Source: Octopus sinensis
Lineage: Eukaryota
Assembly: GCF_006345805.1 (NCBI RefSeq)
Contig: NC_043001.1
Coordinates: 43,462,001 to 43,526,000, forward strand
Direction of reading: 5' to 3'
DNA length: 64,000 nt
The position numbers were made by a program, and so were the translations under genes. How positions within the stretch are numbered: position 1 is the first letter of the stretch; every line of letters begins with the position of its first letter. Positions 61,628-64,000 of the stretch are shown here, one piece after another. The notes under the pieces were generated by a model. That model saw nothing but the letters and a program-made list of their open reading frames with translations. It was not told the DNA's origin and did not search any database.

Positions 61628-62420
61628 CTAGCAGAAATACCCGGTGTTATCTAGGTTAAAGAAAATAACGAAATTTAAAAACGCCGTCTAGATTACGCAG
61701 GTCTCAACTCCTAGTAGCTGAGATACCAACTTTCTACATTAATACCTCTCCAACCCATGCCAGCATGGGACATAGACGTTAAATGAAATGTCAAAAGAAA
61801 GTTTTCAACTCATATATGTATATAAAGTAAATACACGTAATTCAAGAACACATTTTGTGTAGCTTATTTCGTAACCAAAGAAACAGGCACATATTATAAA
61901 CAATGAAAGGCGGATTTTGGTGATTCATTTTACAGAGGTAGTAGAGAGTCAATCCAATGGTAAATCTGACATTGGGTCTTGAAAGCTTGCATGAATCCTG
62001 GCTCAGTTAAATATCTTGTGGTTCCAAATGATGTCATCTGTAGTGAAGCGTTGTATTATCTAATTTTGTTTTGGAAGTACTTGAAATCTTGGTCAGGTGA
62101 TGACAACAGTTTCTTCAATGGTTCTGGAGGTTGGGGGATTGCAGGGAGTTTAACCTTTCCACCACTACAGCACAGTGCAGGTTTCTCTCCAGGCCACTTC
62201 CTTGCCTTACAATGTATGCACTCAGTTGTCATTGCACCAATGGAAACTCTAGTATCATCTGCATAATGAATTGTTGGATCATAATTGAAAGCTGCTTCGT
62301 AGAAGTTGCTTCTCTGAGCTGTTGCAACTGCTCTTCGTTCTACAGTGGAGATCCTATTCCTTGTCAGCCGTGCAAGTGTACAGTCTGTTCGTTTCTTCAT
62401 ATGCTTCCCTTTTTACTAAG
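61628..62420 (-). mobile_element. Internally deleted Helitron with Rep-Hel N-terminal fragment
   Basis: ORF 62056..62400 has IGAMTTECIHCKARKWPGE...CCSGGKVKL, continuing as YNASLQMTSFG...GFMQAFK. Minus-strand 3' end is ccgggtatttctgCTAG|T at 61628 with a decayed hairpin. Confidence 0.85.
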
Positions 62421-62456
62421 TCTCTCTAAAGGAGATTACGGCAGCGTTACTGGAAA

Positions 62457-62819
62457 TTAATAGTTATCGCCATACTAATATGAGAGACTTAGTAATTTTA
62501 ATATTTCTATTATTGAAAACAAGTGGATGTATTCCACTGAAACTAGGTAAATAAAGCCTTCGAACTGGGACGATCAGTAGCGACACATGCAAGTCTGACT
62601 ACGCTGCATTGATAAGGGGCAACAACCCTGAAACATGTCTGTAGCTGTCTGACTGGCAGGATCAAGCGGCTGACCTCCCTTGTTCGAAGGTGTTTGTAAT
62701 GGACGCAGGTTCGTGTGTCAAATAGCTAGCTTGAGGCGGTGGCCTCTTGGAGCTAATCAGCGACAGCTTTAGTCTTATATTTATAAGACTGCCATCATTA
62801 GTATGGCGATAACTATTAA
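62457..62819 (+). mobile_element. Penelope-like pseudo-LTR segment bounded by a perfect 23-bp inverted repeat
   Basis: TTAATAGTTATCGCCATACTAAT at 62457-79 and its reverse complement at 62797-819; contains a hammerhead motif. Confidence 0.55.
62603..62645 (+). ncRNA. Minimal type I hammerhead ribozyme, U3-A8 variant
   Basis: GCTGCA-TTGATAA-GGGG caacaa CCCT-GAAAC-AT-GT-C-TGTAGC; 6-bp stem I; GUC site after 62639. Confidence 0.7.
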
Positions 62820-62863
62820 ATATACATATATATATATATTATAATTATATTATATTCTAATAT

Positions 62864-62963
62864 NNNNNNNNNNNNNNNNNNNNNNNNNNNNNNNNNNNNN
62901 NNNNNNNNNNNNNNNNNNNNNNNNNNNNNNNNNNNNNNNNNNNNNNNNNNNNNNNNNNNNNNN
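62864..62963. other. Assembly gap (100 N)
   Basis: Run of N. Confidence 1.
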
Positions 62964-63249
62964 ATTGAAGTGTCCGACTTATCTCTTTCCACCCAACCTT
63001 TGTTTCGTAAAGACGGTTATGTTATGATAAGAGGGAAATTTGTATACTATTTGTTATAGGTTGATTGACCTCTTCACTAGTTTGGTTTGAAGACGTCATG
63101 TTTATAGTACTTAGTGACGAGCGCCTTAGAGTTACGGTTTCAATACTCGTTTTCGGATACGGAGGTTCTGGAAAATTACCAAAAATCAGCATTGTGAAAT
63201 TCCTCCCTTTCCCCTCCAACTTCTTCAATTTTGACTTTTTTCCCCAACA

Positions 63250-63345
63250 ATAACCTTAAAACCCTAACCCTAATCTTAAAACCCTAACCCTAACTCTAAA
63301 CCCTAACCCTAAACCCTAACCCTAAAACCCTAACCATAACCGTAA
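63250..63345. repeat. Degenerate interstitial (CCCTAA)n telomere-type array
   Basis: aaccctaaccctaa units with variant spacers. Confidence 0.9.
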
Positions 63346-64000
63346 GTACAGAAATGTTTCGGAATTTTTGTCCGACTCATAATGTACGTATTTTCCTGTA
63401 TATTTAGAAAAAAAAAAAATTCTTAAAAAAAATTTTACAAAAGTTTTTGGAAATTTTTTTCAGAATCATAATTTCCCGTATTTTTCCGCATATTTTGAAA
63501 AAAGAAAAAAATCTGAAAAAAGTGAAAGTGAAGGAAATGGGGTTGGGAGTAATTTAGAAATGTCGATTTCTGGCAATTTTTTTGCAGATTCGTATATCCC
63601 CATAGCTGAAAGGGGGGGGGGGAAGGGGGTTATGTCGAAAAAAAAAAATTTAAGGGTGTTTTTTTTGTGTTTCAGGGGGGCGGGCGGAAGTCTTGCCAAC
63701 TTATAGGGTACCACGTGTGTAGTATATGATGTCTAGCATATCGATCACTATTGTTGTTTTGCATAAAACTAGCGCGGATTAAGCAAATCTATGGTGTAAG
63801 GCCGTGACTATACTGTCTGTTTTGTTTTTTTTACTCCTTTTCAGGCGTGATCTATCTGGGACGATATCCAATAAGTCCTATTTTATTTTTACGACGGAAG
63901 GGGTTGATATGAAGGAAATTTAGCTGGTGTTTCTAGGATGTCGAGTAGCTGCATACAGGCTTCTGTCGTTTTTACTCGTGTCAATCACTGTGGAAATGTG

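Noticed and set aside
63250-63345. True chromosome end
   Set aside because: The array is short, degenerate and followed by ordinary sequence, so it is interstitial.

Overview
AT-rich eukaryotic DNA dense in microsatellites and transposons. The SINE families, long (TA)n/(TATG)n/(CA)n arrays and TTAGGG repeats point to an octopus genome (inference). One host gene is supported: the last four coding exons of a SNAPC2-like gene (+; 2575-2623, 7188-7320, 8266-8424, 9888-10468), which splice in frame and lie in a CpG-depleted block ending near 13.3 kb. The rest is mostly decayed mobile DNA: tRNA-derived SINEs, RTE-BovB, R4/Dong-like and HERO-like LINE fragments, Penelope-like fragments, a truncated Gypsy element, Tc1, mariner, piggyBac, hAT, pogo and Helitron remnants, and five copies of a TTAGGG-carrying MITE with 8-bp TSDs. 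The most striking signal is a set of hammerhead ribozyme motifs in Penelope-like repeats. A tandem pair at 30.2-30.6 kb has its three ribozyme strands in a non-circularly permuted order, with compensatory base changes between the copies. A minimal hammerhead with a U3-A8 core swap lies at 62.6 kb. Also present: a perfect 76-bp palindrome, an orphan NRF1/ETS/YY1-type promoter cluster and a 100-N gap. All family assignments come from motif recognition by eye; no database search was run.
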